A stretch of DNA of 64,000 nt from an uncultured Eubacteriales bacterium (GCA_934481515.1 CAKSPO010000005.1:165-64164); one strand, 5' to 3'. Shown: positions 1-12,006, counted from the first letter of the stretch. Notes: generated by a model from the letters alone, not told the origin. Numbers and translations are program-made.

Positions 1-88
1 AAAAAAATGTCAAACCAAAAAGAAAAATGACCGCGATGAAAAACAGTTTTTCCGGCGTCGCACGAACATTCCGGTTTTTTCTGATTCC

Positions 89-112
89 GTAGGGGCGGGG
101 TCTGCCCGCCCG
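89..112 (+). repeat. REP core, short form
   Basis: gtaggggcggggtctgcccgcccg: GTAG head, then a 7-bp stem GGGCGGG/CCCGCCC with a 5-nt loop. Confidence 0.85.
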
Positions 113-244
113 TTTGTGCGGGTTTTGCGGTACAGCTGGTAGGGGCACCAACGAGCGCCTTTTTAAGAGAGAGGCACCAGTACCACAAACAAAAAATCCG
201 GCGGGGGAAATGCCGCCGGGATGATGGTACAGATTCCTTAGAAA

Positions 245-268
245 CGGGCGGGTAGACCCCGCCCCTAC
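245..268 (-). repeat. REP core, short form
   Basis: Reverse complement reads gtaggggcggggtctacccgcccg; inverted partner of core 89-112. Confidence 0.85.
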
Positions 269-414
269 GGTGGGTAGAGGAAATTTTTTTATTCAGCAGA
301 AGCCGGATGCGGAATGGGGAAATGGGATTTTTCATCCGTCGGAAACCGTAAAAATGCCGCAACAAAAAGCAAAATTCCCGGCGTCGCACAGGCGTTCCGG
401 TTCCCTCCTCGCCG

Positions 415-438
415 GTAGGGGCGGGGTCGACCCGCCCG
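415..438 (+). repeat. REP core, short form
   Basis: gtaggggcggggtcgacccgcccg. Confidence 0.85.
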
Positions 439-576
439 TTTGTGAGGAGATTGCGGCACATTGGGAAGGGGCGCCAGCGAACGCATCCGATTGTCCGATT
501 TACCGCGTTGTAAATGGGCACCCGTCCCCGGCGGGGGGGGAATGTCGCCGGAATGGTTGTTTGGATTCCTTAGAAG

Positions 577-616
577 CGGGCGGGTTGACCCCGCGCGGGC
601 AACGCCCGTTTCCTAC
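577..616 (-). repeat. REP core, long form
   Basis: Reverse complement reads gtaggaaacgggcgttgcccgcgcggggtcaacccgcccg; nested hairpin CGGGC-GTT-GCCCG replaces the 5' arm; inverted partner of 415-438. Confidence 0.8.
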
Positions 617-669
617 GAGGTAGAGGGGATTCCAACGTTTGACGGGAGCCGGATGCGTAATGACAAATA

Positions 670-800
670 GGATTTTTCGTCCGGCGGAGACGGAGCGGAA
701 TGTGTAAACGGGATTTTTCGCCCGGTGGGAACCGGAAACGGAATGGCAGATGGGATTTTGTTCGTACGGTGGGAACCGGAAGTACAGAAGCCGGAAAACG
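670..800 (+). repeat. Tandem 40-42-nt hairpin units (boxB-like)
   Basis: Units start at about 670, 710 and 752: GGATTTTTCG(T/C)CCGG..GA..CCGGA..GGAATG...; each carries a short YCCGG/CCGGR hairpin. Confidence 0.7.
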
Positions 801-849
801 GCAGGAAACAAAAGCGGAAGCGCTGATGATTTTTTCACCAGTGCTTCCG
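801..849 (-). terminator. Possible terminator of the lipoprotein gene
   Basis: Stem CGGAAGC (815-821) / GCTTCCG (843-849) with a 21-nt loop, followed on the minus strand by TTTTGTTTCC; the long loop makes it weak. Confidence 0.35.
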
Positions 850-881
850 TTTTCATTTTTTATCCTGTTCTTTTCCTTTTC

Positions 882-1547
882 TTATCCGGTGAAGGTATCC
901 AGATACCAGCTTCCGTCCTCGTTGACCAGCCGGATTCTGCGGGTCTCCTTCTTTTCGGGCGTTTCCGGATCCCAGCAGTCGATCAGAAGATAGCATGCCT
1001 CGTCATTGCTCGGGTCGTCCACCCGCATGGAGGTGTAGTCATACACCAGCATGCCTGTGTAATAGACATAGTTTCCGGAGGTGGACTGATAGAGCCATTC
1101 GCCGTCCTCCATATACCTTGCGTAGGAATACTGTGCGTCTCCCAATCCGTCGCTGACCGCGTATCCCGTAAATGCGTGCGTAAACAGAATTTCGCTCATC
1201 TTGGACCCGTACACCCGCCGGGTTGCCTCCCGGATTTCTTCAAAGGAGCGGAAGGGGGTGGATTCCGCCACATATTCATAGTCCGTTCCATACTTGAAAT
1301 CGTAGTACAGGTGGCGGTTTTCGGCATATTCCGAGCCCTGCCGGTAGACCGGGAGTCCTGCGCCGTAGAACACGTAATTGATCTTTTCCGCGCCCTCCAG
1401 CAGCTCCACCACGCGGTCGTATAGCTCCTCCACCGCCGGCTTTGACGAGCATCCGGTCAGGGCGGAACCGGCTCCCGCAAGGAGCAGCACCGTCAGAGCA
1501 AGCAGGAGGACGGTTTTATGGATTCTTTTTTTGAAAAACCTGTTCAT
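882..1547 (-). CDS. Putative lipoprotein, function unknown
   Basis: 221-aa ORF; signal peptide ending in lipobox ..GSALTGCSS..; 33 nt downstream of gyrA on the same strand. Confidence 0.65.
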   Translation of the reverse strand: MNRFFKKRIHKTVLLLALTVLLLAGAGSALTGCSSKPAVEELYDRVVELLEGAEKINYVFYGAGLPVYRQGSEYAENRHLYYDFKYGTDYEYVAESTPFRSFEEIREATRRVYGSKMSEILFTHAFTGYAVSDGLGDAQYSYARYMEDGEWLYQSTSGNYVYYTGMLVYDYTSMRVDDPSNDEACYLLIDCWDPETPEKKETRRIRLVNEDGSWYLDTFTG

Positions 1548-1580
1548 GACCGTTCCTCCTTCTTCTCTTTCTGTAAAAAA

Positions 1581-4205
1581 TCAGCTGTTTTCTTCGCCGT
1601 TTTCGGACTCTGCGGTCGTCTCTGCGGTTGTTTCGGCGGGTTCTTCAGCAGTCGGTTCCCCGTCGATTTTGACGGTTCCGGTGGTTTCCTCCGCATTCTC
1701 AGTGGATTCTTCTTCGTTCTCCCCGTTTTCTTCGTCCGTCTCGTCCTTCTTGGGTACCGTGGTGAAGTTCACCAGCTTCTGTCCGTCTCCGAGCCGCATG
1801 ACGATGACGCCTCCGGCGCTTCTCGAACGGCTGGGAATGCCCTCTACGGGGGTGCGGATGATGGTTCCTCCGTCGGTAATCATCATCAGATCCATTTCGT
1901 CGTTGACCGCCGCAATGCCCGTCAGAGCGCCGCTCTTTTCGGTCAGATTGTAGCAGGTGACGCCGTATCCGCCGCGGTGCTTCATCAGGCGGAAATCGTC
2001 AAACGGGCTACGCTTGCCGAATCCGTTTTCCGTAATGCAGAGCAGGTCTTTGCCTTCCTCCACCACGCAGACTCCTTTGACGTAATCTCCGTCGCGCAGA
2101 GAGATTCCGCGGACGCCCCGTGCGGTTCTGCCGAGCACACGTGCATCCTCCTCGGAGAAGCGGATCGCCTGTCCGGCGGCAGTTGCAATCAGAAGCTCGC
2201 AGTCGCCCTGCGTGCGGACCACGTAAACCAGCTCGTCTCCCTCGTCCAGAGACAGTGCGATTTTTCCGCCCTTTCTCTGGTATTCATATTCGGAGAGCCG
2301 CGTCCGTTTGATAACGCCGTTTCTTGTCACCATGGTCAGGTACTCGTCCTCCGGGAACGCATCTACGCTGATGCAGGCGGTCACCTTTTCCCCATCGGTC
2401 AGATCCAGAATATTGACCAGATTCTGTCCCCGCGCGGTTCTGCCCGCCTCCGGAATCAGATATGCCTTGCGCATCTGCATCTTTCCGGTGTTGGTGAACA
2501 TCATCAGGTACGAATGGCTGTTGACCGAAAGCACCTGCTCGATATAATCCTCGTCCTTGGTGGACATGCCGATGATACCGCGTCCGCCGCGATGCTGTGC
2601 GGAGTAGGAATCCGACGGCTGGCGCTTGATATATCCGGCGTGCGTCAGGGTAATGACGCAGTTGTGGCGCTCGATCAGATCCTCCAGAATGATCTCATGC
2701 TCGGCGGGAACGATGGCTGTCCGGCGCTCGTCCGCATATTTTGCACGAATCTCTCCCATTTCGTTTTTGATGATCTCTTTGATTTTTCCCATATCGGCAA
2801 GAATGGCTTCCAGTTCCAGAATCAGCTTGTGCAGCCGATCCAGCTCTTCCTCGATCTTGCTCCGTTCCAGGCCCGTGAGCTTTCCGAGCGTCATCTCGAC
2901 GATTGCCTGCGACTGTGCGTCGCTCAGTCCGAACCGTTCCATCAGGGTTTGCTTGGATGCCGGAATGGAGGCGGAGGTCTTCATGATCTGCACAATCTCG
3001 TCGATGTTATCCAGTGCAATCTTGTAGCCCTCATAAATATGCGCTTTTGCCTTCGCCTTTTCCAGATCATACTCGGTCCGGCGGATGATGACCTGCTCCT
3101 GATGCGCGATATAATGATCCAGAATGGTGGGAAGGCTGAGCACCTTCGGCTCGTTGTTGACCAGTGCCAGCATATTGATGGCAAAGGTATCCTGCAATTG
3201 TGTATATTTGTACAGCTGGTTGAGCAGAATCTGCGGATTTGCGTCCTTGCGGTATTCCACCACGATTCTCATGCCGTCCCTGCCGGATTCGTCCCGCAGT
3301 TCGGTAATGCCTTCGATCTTCTTTTCCTTCACGCAGTCCGCGATGGACTGGCAGAGCATGCTCTTATTGACCCCGTAAGGAATTTCGGTGAAAACAATTC
3401 TCCGGTGTTCTTCCTCGATGTTGGAGTGGGAACGCACCATGATGTGTCCTTTTCCGGTCAGGTACGCTTCCTTGATGCCGTTGACACCGTAAATGGTCGC
3501 GCTGGTCGGGAAGTCCGGTCCCTTGATGTACTGCATCAGGTCGTCCACCGTGCAGTCCGGGTGATCCATCCGGTAAATGGTTGCGTCAATGACCTCTCCG
3601 AGGTTGTGCGGCGGAATGTTGGTTGCCATACCGACGGCAATTCCCATTGAGCCGTTGACCAGAAGGTTCGGGAAACGGGACGGCAGAACCGTCGGCTCCT
3701 GCATGCGGTTATCGAAGTTCGGCATCATGGGAACCACGTTCTTGTCCAGATCCCGCATCATTTCGTCTGCAATCCGATCCAGTCTTGCTTCGGTATACCG
3801 GTATGCCGCGGCGGGATCTCCATCCACAGAGCCGAAGTTTCCGTGACCTTCAATCAATGTATAACGCATGGAGAAATCCTGTGCCATACGAACCATGGTT
3901 CCGTAAACCGCGGAGTCGCCGTGCGGATGGTAACGACCCAGTACGTTACCAACCGTGGTAGCGGATTTGCGGAACGGCTTGGAATGCACCAATCCGTCCT
4001 CCCACATGGCATACAGAATCCGGCGCGCGCCCGGCTTCATACCGTCGCGCACGTCCGGAAGAGCACGGGACATGATGACCGACATGGAATATTCGATAAA
4101 GGATTTTTTGACCTCCTTTTCGATTCCCACGTCCACAATTTTCTGGTTTTCGAACAGGGCAAGTTCCTGTTCCTTTTCCAACTGTTTGTCTTTTTCGTTT
4201 GCCAC
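1581..4205 (-). CDS. gyrA: DNA gyrase subunit A
   Basis: 874-aa ORF; [24 protein letters not shown], active-site region [11 protein letters not shown], beta-pinwheel repeats; long acidic C-terminal tail; TGA stop. Confidence 0.97.
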   Translation of the reverse strand: MANEKDKQLEKEQELALFENQKIVDVGIEKEVKKSFIEYSMSVIMSRALPDVRDGMKPGARRILYAMWEDGLVHSKPFRKSATTVGNVLGRYHPHGDSAVYGTMVRMAQDFSMRYTLIEGHGNFGSVDGDPAAAYRYTEARLDRIADEMMRDLDKNVVPMMPNFDNRMQEPTVLPSRFPNLLVNGSMGIAVGMATNIPPHNLGEVIDATIYRMDHPDCTVDDLMQYIKGPDFPTSATIYGVNGIKEAYLTGKGHIMVRSHSNIEEEHRRIVFTEIPYGVNKSMLCQSIADCVKEKKIEGITELRDESGRDGMRIVVEYRKDANPQILLNQLYKYTQLQDTFAINMLALVNNEPKVLSLPTILDHYIAHQEQVIIRRTEYDLEKAKAKAHIYEGYKIALDNIDEIVQIMKTSASIPASKQTLMERFGLSDAQSQAIVEMTLGKLTGLERSKIEEELDRLHKLILELEAILADMGKIKEIIKNEMGEIRAKYADERRTAIVPAEHEIILEDLIERHNCVITLTHAGYIKRQPSDSYSAQHRGGRGIIGMSTKDEDYIEQVLSVNSHSYLMMFTNTGKMQMRKAYLIPEAGRTARGQNLVNILDLTDGEKVTACISVDAFPEDEYLTMVTRNGVIKRTRLSEYEYQRKGGKIALSLDEGDELVYVVRTQGDCELLIATAAGQAIRFSEEDARVLGRTARGVRGISLRDGDYVKGVCVVEEGKDLLCITENGFGKRSPFDDFRLMKHRGGYGVTCYNLTEKSGALTGIAAVNDEMDLMMITDGGTIIRTPVEGIPSRSRSAGGVIVMRLGDGQKLVNFTTVPKKDETDEENGENEEESTENAEETTGTVKIDGEPTAEEPAETTAETTAESENGEENS

Positions 4206-4269
4206 GGTTTCTTTCCTTCCTGTTTCGTAAAAATATCAGGTCACCGGCTCTTTTGCCGGAAAAATACGG

Positions 4270-4824
4270 TTATATCTGCCCTCTTCTTTTTTTCAGGATC
4301 CGACAGACGGTGCGCACCGGAAAATAACATACAAGTCCCGCCAGTGCGGTGATTCCAAGCTCCGGAAGTACCTCTGTCAGAAGAATCTCCGGAAGCCGGA
4401 TGTAACGGTAGGTCAGTGCGGCGTAGGTCACCGTCATTCCCGCCCTGAGACACAGCCCGCACAACAGGCACAAAAGGTAAATCGGATAGCTTCTGCCCTG
4501 CATCTCTCTGGAAAAGTTGCCCGCGACATAGCCGCAGAACAGGTAGAGAACCGGAAGCAGAGAAATACCGGTGGAGCCGAGCGCTTCAATCAGAAATCCG
4601 GCGCCGATGCCGGTAATTGCTCCGGCGTACCTGCCGCAGAGCACCGAAAACGCAAGCACCGTACACAGCATCAGATCCGGTACCGCTCCGAAAAAGCGGA
4701 GCCGCCCGAACAGAGAGACCTGCAAAACCGCCGCAATCAGGAGCACCGCCCCGAATATCAGTGTATACCGGAGCATCATGGATCGGGTCTGTGCCCGGTA
4801 ACCGAACACGCGATTCTGTGCCAT
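4270..4824 (-). CDS. mreD: Rod shape-determining protein MreD-like membrane protein
   Basis: 184 aa, about 5 TM segments, G..PDLML..V.....G...G...GF..G pattern typical of MreD; lies downstream of mreC on the same strand. Confidence 0.65.
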   Translation of the reverse strand: MAQNRVFGYRAQTRSMMLRYTLIFGAVLLIAAVLQVSLFGRLRFFGAVPDLMLCTVLAFSVLCGRYAGAITGIGAGFLIEALGSTGISLLPVLYLFCGYVAGNFSREMQGRSYPIYLLCLLCGLCLRAGMTVTYAALTYRYIRLPEILLTEVLPELGITALAGLVCYFPVRTVCRILKKRRGQI

Positions 4825-4898
4825 TTTTTCTCCTTTCCCGGATTTATACCCGGCGGGGGAAAGCCGCCGCCGGGGTGGTTGTGCGAATTTCTTAGGAG

Positions 4899-4922
4899 CG
4901 GGCGGGCAGACCCCGCCCCTAC
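4899..4922 (-). repeat. REP core, short form
   Basis: Reverse complement reads gtaggggcggggtctgcccgcccg. Confidence 0.85.
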
Positions 4923-5056
4923 GGGATATATAGAGATCCTTTGCCCAGCGGAAGCCGGAGCGGAATGACCGACGGGGAATTTTTCGTCTGGCAGAAGCCG
5001 TTAATGAAAAACAATTTTTCGGCGGTGCGCAAGCGTTCCGGTTTTCTCCTACCTCG

Positions 5057-5096
5057 GTAGGAAGCAGGCAAAGCCTGCGCGGGGTCTACCCGCCCG
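5057..5096 (+). repeat. REP core, long form
   Basis: gtaggaagcaggcaaagcctgcgcggggtctacccgcccg; nested hairpin GCAGGC-AAA-GCCTGC. Confidence 0.8.
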
Positions 5097-5231
5097 TTTG
5101 TGTGGGTTTTGAGGCACATTGGGTAGAGGTACAAACAATGCATCCGTTTGTTCCATTTGCCGTGTTGTAAATGGACACCCGTTCCCGGTTGGGAAAATCC
5201 CGCCGGAATGATTGTCCGGACTTCTTAGAAG

Positions 5232-5255
5232 CGGGCGGGCAGACCCCGCCCCTAC
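5232..5255 (-). repeat. REP core, short form
   Basis: Reverse complement reads gtaggggcggggtctgcccgcccg. Confidence 0.85.
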
Positions 5256-5340
5256 GGGATATATAGAGATCCTTTGCCCAGCGGAAGCCGGATGCGGAAT
5301 GTGTAGATGGAATTTTTCGTCTGGTAGGAGCCGGATGCAG

Positions 5341-5511
5341 AGTGGAAAGTTATCGTTTTGCAAAACAGCAAAAATTCCATGATACAGTTCACACCTCATC
5401 CGTCAGCCTTCGGCTGACACCTTCTCCCACTGGAGAAGGCTTTGGGGTAAATGCCCCTTGGATAAAAATCTATGCTGATTGCCGTGGGCATGTTCGGCTT
5501 TCATTCCTTTC
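5341..5511 (+). repeat. Module C, copy 1 (conserved arms, 23-nt centre)
   Basis: Arms match 14162-14223 and 14321-14407; centre is the hairpin GTCAGCC-TTCG-GCTGAC. Confidence 0.75.
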
Positions 5512-5662
5512 CGGAAAAATATCAAACCGAAACGAAAAATGCCGATATAAAAAACAATGATAATGGCAAACGGGATTTTTTGTCCGACAGAAGCCGGGAA
5601 AATACCGGGAGAAAAAGCAATTTTTCCGGCGGTGCACAAGCTTCCCGGTTCTCTCTGATTCC

Positions 5663-5686
5663 GTAGGGGCGGGGTCTGCCCGCCCG
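5663..5686 (+). repeat. REP core, short form
   Basis: gtaggggcggggtctgcccgcccg. Confidence 0.85.
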
Positions 5687-5730
5687 CTCCGAAACGATTT
5701 TTGCAAACGTTCCGGTTCCCTCCAAAGCCG

Positions 5731-5770
5731 GTAGGAAGCAGGCAAAGTCTGCGCGGGGTCTACCCGCCCG
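5731..5770 (+). repeat. REP core, long form
   Basis: gtaggaagcaggcaaagtctgcgcggggtctacccgcccg. Confidence 0.8.
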
Positions 5771-5832
5771 TTTGTGCGGGTTTTGAGAGACATCGGGCGG
5801 GGGTTGGAACGCAAAGAAAATATTTTATTCTT

Positions 5833-6723
5833 TTATTCCTCATATCCCGTGACGATCATGACCCATTTGAGCGAAGAAAAATCCACGGCAGGGCGGATTT
5901 TTGCAACCATGGTGCGGTTGTATTCGTCCACCTCGACCGATTCCACGGTACCGATGACAAGCTCCGCCGGGTACACGCTTCCCGTTCCGCTGGAAAGCAC
6001 ACGGTCGCCTTCTTTTACATCCGCGTCCGTTTCCAGATATGCCATGCGGCACATTCCTTCCGTCCGCATGCTGTAATCCCCTTCCACGATGCCGATGACC
6101 CCGGAGCGCGGAATATATGCTCCCACAGAGGTTGCCGTTTCCAGCACGGTGGAAACCATGCACCAGTTCAGTCCCGCTTCGGTCACATATCCGACGATGC
6201 CGGATTCGGTCACCACAGGCATGTTTTTTTCCACTCCGTGCATGGTGCCGCGGTTGAGGGTGAAGGTCGTCATATAATTTCCGGAGGAATAGCTGATAAT
6301 CATTCCTTCCTCCATCCGGAAGGACGGATACTGCGCTTTCATACCAAGGTAATGCCGCAGGCGCTCATTTTCCTGCTCCAGCAGCGCCGCGCGCTCCAGC
6401 TCTTCCCGCAGGCGGCGGTTTTCCTCTTCCAGACTATCATTTTTTTCGGAAACCGACCGGATGGAGGTAAAATACCGTTTCCATCCTTCGATTCCGTTGG
6501 CAACGGAGGAAACGCACCAGCGCACCGGCATGGTAACGGTACCGATGATATTTTTGGCAAGTCCTCCGTATCCCATCAGTGCAAATGCGGAGGTCATGAC
6601 CGACAGGACAACCGCGATGCAAAGGCAGATCAGAAAAAAACGATTCCGAAACAGCTTCAGAAGAATCAACCTCCCCTCTTCCAAAGGTTTATGCCGGGAA
6701 AAGCCGTCAAAGCACTCCGTCAA
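5833..6723 (-). CDS. mreC: Rod shape-determining protein MreC
   Basis: 296-aa ORF (true start may be internal); N-terminal TM, coiled-coil LEEENRRLREELERAALLEQENERLRHYL, then beta-rich domain with GIVGYV....S.V and SSGTGSVYPAELVIGTV. Confidence 0.85.
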   Translation of the reverse strand: MTECFDGFSRHKPLEEGRLILLKLFRNRFFLICLCIAVVLSVMTSAFALMGYGGLAKNIIGTVTMPVRWCVSSVANGIEGWKRYFTSIRSVSEKNDSLEEENRRLREELERAALLEQENERLRHYLGMKAQYPSFRMEEGMIISYSSGNYMTTFTLNRGTMHGVEKNMPVVTESGIVGYVTEAGLNWCMVSTVLETATSVGAYIPRSGVIGIVEGDYSMRTEGMCRMAYLETDADVKEGDRVLSSGTGSVYPAELVIGTVESVEVDEYNRTMVAKIRPAVDFSSLKWVMIVTGYEE

Positions 6724-6892
6724 ATTTTTTCCGGAATGCTGTCGAAACGAAATTCCGGCGGGTGATTCCGACGGAAAAATACCGGAACTTCAGAAAAACG
6801 GATTCTCCGGAATACGCCGGCATTTTTCCGGTTTTTTTTGTTCTCGGGTGACAGAACATTTCTCCGGTAGCAAAAAAACGGACGATGAAAAA

Positions 6893-8887
<1,995 letters not shown>

Positions 8888-9163
8888 TCATTCTCTGTAA
8901 ATCTCATTGAAATCCGATTCTCTGACCCTCCCGTAGAGGGACGCGGAGGAAAGTGCCGAAAAACAGATCCGGTACTTTTTCCCCACCCGGTAAAGAACAA
9001 AGGATTTCGGTACCTCCGCCGAGGCAAACGAAACCTCCCGCCGCTCCTCGGCGCGGGAAAGATATTTTTTGGTGATTGCAGAAACCGTTGCGGTATCGGC
9101 ATCAAAAATACCGATCACATCCCGGATCCGCAAATTCCGGTGATTCCCGATATGAAGATACAT
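8888..9163 (-). CDS. remB: DUF370/RemB-like small protein
   Basis: 91 aa; family-like HIGN...RI.DVIGIFD......S; occupies the conserved recF-gyrB slot held by yaaB/remB in Firmicutes. Confidence 0.65.
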   Translation of the reverse strand: MYLHIGNHRNLRIRDVIGIFDADTATVSAITKKYLSRAEERREVSFASAEVPKSFVLYRVGKKYRICFSALSSASLYGRVRESDFNEIYRE

Positions 9164-9193
9164 AAATTCCGCCTCTTATTCTTTTTCCGTGCC

Positions 9194-10300
9194 TTAAATT
9201 TCCCGGTACTGTCCTTTTTCCACTGCGATGGTCTTTCCTGCCGCTTTTCCGAACGGCTCGCAGGTGGTGATAATGACCTGCCGGTCGTGAATCCGGGAAG
9301 AAAGATAGGCTCTTCTGCCGGCATCCAGCTCCGAGAACACATCATCGAACAGAAAGACCGGCTTTTCCCCGCACACCGCGCGGCATACCTCCCCTTCTGC
9401 CAGCTTCATGGCAAGCGCCAGAGAGCGCTGCTGTCCCTGGGAGGCATATGCCCGCGCGGACATTCCGTTGAGCAGAATCTCAATATCGTCCTTATGGATG
9501 CCGTACAGTGTTGTTCCGGCGCCGAGTTCCCGATCCCAATGTGCGGTCAGAAGGTTTCGGTAGACCTCTGCCGTTCTCTTTTCGTCCTCATATTCCTCCG
9601 GTTCCTGCCGGGAGGAGCCATCGTATCGAACCGACGGGATTTCCTTTTCCCCGGTCATCTCCGCAAAGCAGGTGCGGATTTCTCCCTCTGCCTGCTTCAG
9701 GTACCGGTAGCGGTACCGGGAAATGACCGCCGCTTCCTCTGCAAGCTGCTCCGACCACATCTCCGCCGTTTCTTCAAAGATCCGGCGGTTTTCCTGTCCT
9801 TCTCTGATCAAACGGTTGCGTTGTTTGAGAATACGGTTATACCGCTGCAGGCTTTTGAGATAGACCGGATAGAGCTGGGAAATGGCGATATCCAGATAAT
9901 TTCTCCTCTCTCCAGGTCCTTCCTTGATCATGGAAAGGTGCTCCGGACAGAACAGCACCGTGCGGAATTCTCCGACAATGTCGGAAACCCTTGCCACCCG
10001 GTTCCGGTTCTGTTCAAACTGCTTTTTTCTTCCCTGAGACAGGAAAACCGTGATGTTCTGTTCCCGCACCGAATCCCGAAAATCCACCGAAACCGACGCC
10101 GTCCCGGCGCCGAACCGGATCATTTCCTCATCATGCTGGGTGCGGAAGCTTTTTCCGAAGGAGGTCAGTCCGATCGCCTCCAGAAGATTTGTTTTTCCCT
10201 GTGCATTCTCGCCGCAGAGAATGTTGATTCCGGAATCCAAACAGAGATCCGCTTCCGCAATGTTCCGAAAATCCCGGATCCGGATCCTACGACATTCCAT
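9194..10300 (-). CDS. recF: DNA replication/repair protein RecF
   Basis: 368 aa; Walker A GENAQGKTNLLEAI, signature SQGQQRSLALAMKLAE, Walker B FLFDDVFSELD. Confidence 0.93.
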   Translation of the reverse strand: MECRRIRIRDFRNIAEADLCLDSGINILCGENAQGKTNLLEAIGLTSFGKSFRTQHDEEMIRFGAGTASVSVDFRDSVREQNITVFLSQGRKKQFEQNRNRVARVSDIVGEFRTVLFCPEHLSMIKEGPGERRNYLDIAISQLYPVYLKSLQRYNRILKQRNRLIREGQENRRIFEETAEMWSEQLAEEAAVISRYRYRYLKQAEGEIRTCFAEMTGEKEIPSVRYDGSSRQEPEEYEDEKRTAEVYRNLLTAHWDRELGAGTTLYGIHKDDIEILLNGMSARAYASQGQQRSLALAMKLAEGEVCRAVCGEKPVFLFDDVFSELDAGRRAYLSSRIHDRQVIITTCEPFGKAAGKTIAVEKGQYREI

Positions 10301-10309
10301 ATGCCCGTC

Positions 10310-11461
10310 TTATTCCTTCATCCGGACCGGCAGGAGCATGAACAGCTCTTTGCATGCTTCCTCTTCCGGCTCCGGCTCGATGTTGATGCTGGTGAGCGCC
10401 GAGGTCATGGAAATTTTCACCTTTTCCGCATCCGTCGCGCGCAGGCTGTCGATCAGAAAACGGTTGTTGAACGCGATCAGAAGGTCGTCTCCCTCATGCT
10501 CGATGTCCACCTCGTCATAGGTACTTCCCAATGTGGAAACCGCGGAAATCTTGAGCACCTCTCCGCAGAACTCCAGTTTGACATGGGATCGCACGCTTCC
10601 CGCTACCTTTTCCTCCGTGACAAGTGCGGCTCTCTCCAGAGCGGAAATCATTTCCTCCCTCTTTACCACGGCAAAAATCCGGTGTGTTTTGAGAATGATC
10701 CGGTCATAGTCAATATACTGACCTTCGATCAGGCGGGAGAAGAAAATCAAGCCTCCAATGTGGAAAACAATGTTCTTCCGGGTCATGAAAATCCGGACAT
10801 CCTCCCGCTCGTCGTCCCGGAGCAGTTTGTAAAGCTCTCCTACGGTCTTGTTCGGGAGAATAAAAGAAAAGTGAAGCGCTTCCCCGTTCTCGTTTTTGTT
10901 TTCAATGTCGGTTTTCACCGAGCACTTTGCCATCTTATAGCTGTCACAGGAGACCGCAAGCAGCTCTCCCTCTTCCACCTTGAAATAGCATCCGTTGAGC
11001 ACCGGCCGCTGGTCGTTGACTCCCATCGCGTACATGACCTTGTTCAGCATCCGTTTCAGTACCGACTGACCGATGACAAAGCCGTCCTCCGTGGAAAGGC
11101 GCGGAATGGTGGGATACTCGGAAGCGTCCATTGCGTTCATCTTGTGATTGGATTTTCCGGAGGAAATGCATGCCTGCATATTTTCGTTGACCGTCAGGGT
11201 CACGAACTCCCCTTCCATTACACGCAGGGTCTGCACGAACTTCTGTGCGTTGATGATGGCGCTTCCTTCCTCCACAACCTCTGCCGGAACGCAGATGCGC
11301 ATTCCTTTTTCCAGATCGAAGGTGGTCATGGTGCAGCTCTGGTCCGCCCGGGCTTCCATCAGAATTCCCTCCACTGCGGAGACGGTGGACTTTCCGGAAA
11401 CGGCACACATCAGAGGAGCGACCGCCTCGCTGACGGATTGTCTTTTGAAAATAATTTTCAT
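10310..11461 (-). CDS. dnaN: DNA polymerase III beta sliding clamp
   Basis: ORF 10310-11536; I place the start at the internal ATG (11461), giving MKIIFKRQSVSEAV.. and 383 aa; three-domain clamp-like sequence; position dnaA-dnaN-recF. Confidence 0.92.
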   Translation of the reverse strand: MKIIFKRQSVSEAVAPLMCAVSGKSTVSAVEGILMEARADQSCTMTTFDLEKGMRICVPAEVVEEGSAIINAQKFVQTLRVMEGEFVTLTVNENMQACISSGKSNHKMNAMDASEYPTIPRLSTEDGFVIGQSVLKRMLNKVMYAMGVNDQRPVLNGCYFKVEEGELLAVSCDSYKMAKCSVKTDIENKNENGEALHFSFILPNKTVGELYKLLRDDEREDVRIFMTRKNIVFHIGGLIFFSRLIEGQYIDYDRIILKTHRIFAVVKREEMISALERAALVTEEKVAGSVRSHVKLEFCGEVLKISAVSTLGSTYDEVDIEHEGDDLLIAFNNRFLIDSLRATDAEKVKISMTSALTSINIEPEPEEEACKELFMLLPVRMKE

Positions 11462-11636
11462 TGGATTTTGTTCCTTTCCAACATGATTCTGATTCAAAAT
11501 TTCAGGAAAAACATCCTGCCGGAGTTTTCGGCACAAGATGTTCCGCCGTTATTCTGTTATCGTTTTTGCGCGCAGCGCAGAAAAAACAGAAAGATAGAAA
11601 TATAAATGTCGTAGTAGCAGTAGTGCCTGCGGAAAC

Positions 11637-11645
11637 TGTGGACAA
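11637..11645 (-). promoter_or_regulatory. DnaA box
   Basis: TGTGGACAA on the plus strand (complement TTGTCCACA), 1 mismatch to consensus. Confidence 0.6.
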
Positions 11646-11698
11646 CCAAAATTCCCTTGTGAGACAATGATTTTTTGAAATCCTGTTTTGCGTTTGTC

Positions 11699-11707
11699 TG
11701 TGGAAAA
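11699..11707 (-). promoter_or_regulatory. DnaA box
   Basis: TGTGGAAAA on the plus strand (complement TTTTCCACA), 1 mismatch. Confidence 0.6.
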
Positions 11708-11808
11708 AGGAGGGAGAAAAAAAGGAAAACAAAATCCTTTTTCCGTGTTTTTTTTATTTTTCGTGCAAATTGGCACGGTTGGGCACAAACGAAAGTTTTC
11801 CTTTTTTT

Positions 11809-11817
11809 CTTTCCACA
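11809..11817 (+). promoter_or_regulatory. DnaA box (weak)
   Basis: CTTTCCACA, 2 mismatches. Confidence 0.45.
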
Positions 11818-11871
11818 GGGAAAAGAAAGGAAAAAGCAGAAGAACACAGGGAAAAGGGCTTTTCCGGAGCT

Positions 11872-11880
11872 TTTTCCACA
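11872..11880 (+). promoter_or_regulatory. DnaA box
   Basis: TTTTCCACA, 1 mismatch. Confidence 0.6.
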
Positions 11881-11983
11881 GAACAGGGAAAAAAGTTTTC
11901 CGCTTGATTTTTTCTTTTTACACAAGAAGATTTTAAAGTTTTTCGTTTCTCCTCCCCAAGAAAAGAGAAGGTTTTTCACATGG

Positions 11984-11992
11984 TTTTCCACA
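11984..11992 (+). promoter_or_regulatory. DnaA box
   Basis: TTTTCCACA, 1 mismatch. Confidence 0.6.
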
Positions 11993-12006
11993 CTTGTTGA
12001 AAACTC

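Larger units (their letters stand above)
1..800. repeat. REP/REPIN-like modular repeat block R1 (truncated by left window edge)
   Basis: Contains 4 GTAG-headed hairpin cores (89, 245, 415, 577), two inverted doublets (89-268, 415-616) and 40-42-nt tandem units. Bases 1-290 are near-identical to 14415-14700. Confidence 0.85.
4849..5810. repeat. REP/REPIN-like modular repeat block R2 (between mreC and mreD)
   Basis: 5 cores (4899, 5057, 5232, 5663, 5731), doublet 5057-5255 with conserved spacer ..GTGTTGTAAATGGACACCCG.., tandem hairpin units, and module C copy 1. Confidence 0.85.

Noticed and set aside
270-856. ORFs inside the repeat blocks (e.g. 270-623, 500-856, 5049-5399, 5470-5814, 13996-14295, 14701-15099, 17601-17967, 37346-37899)
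   Set aside because: They are translations of the REP/tandem-unit DNA. The same peptide strings recur in several frames and on both strands in different blocks. They overlap each other, lack RBS and start context, and have no protein motifs.
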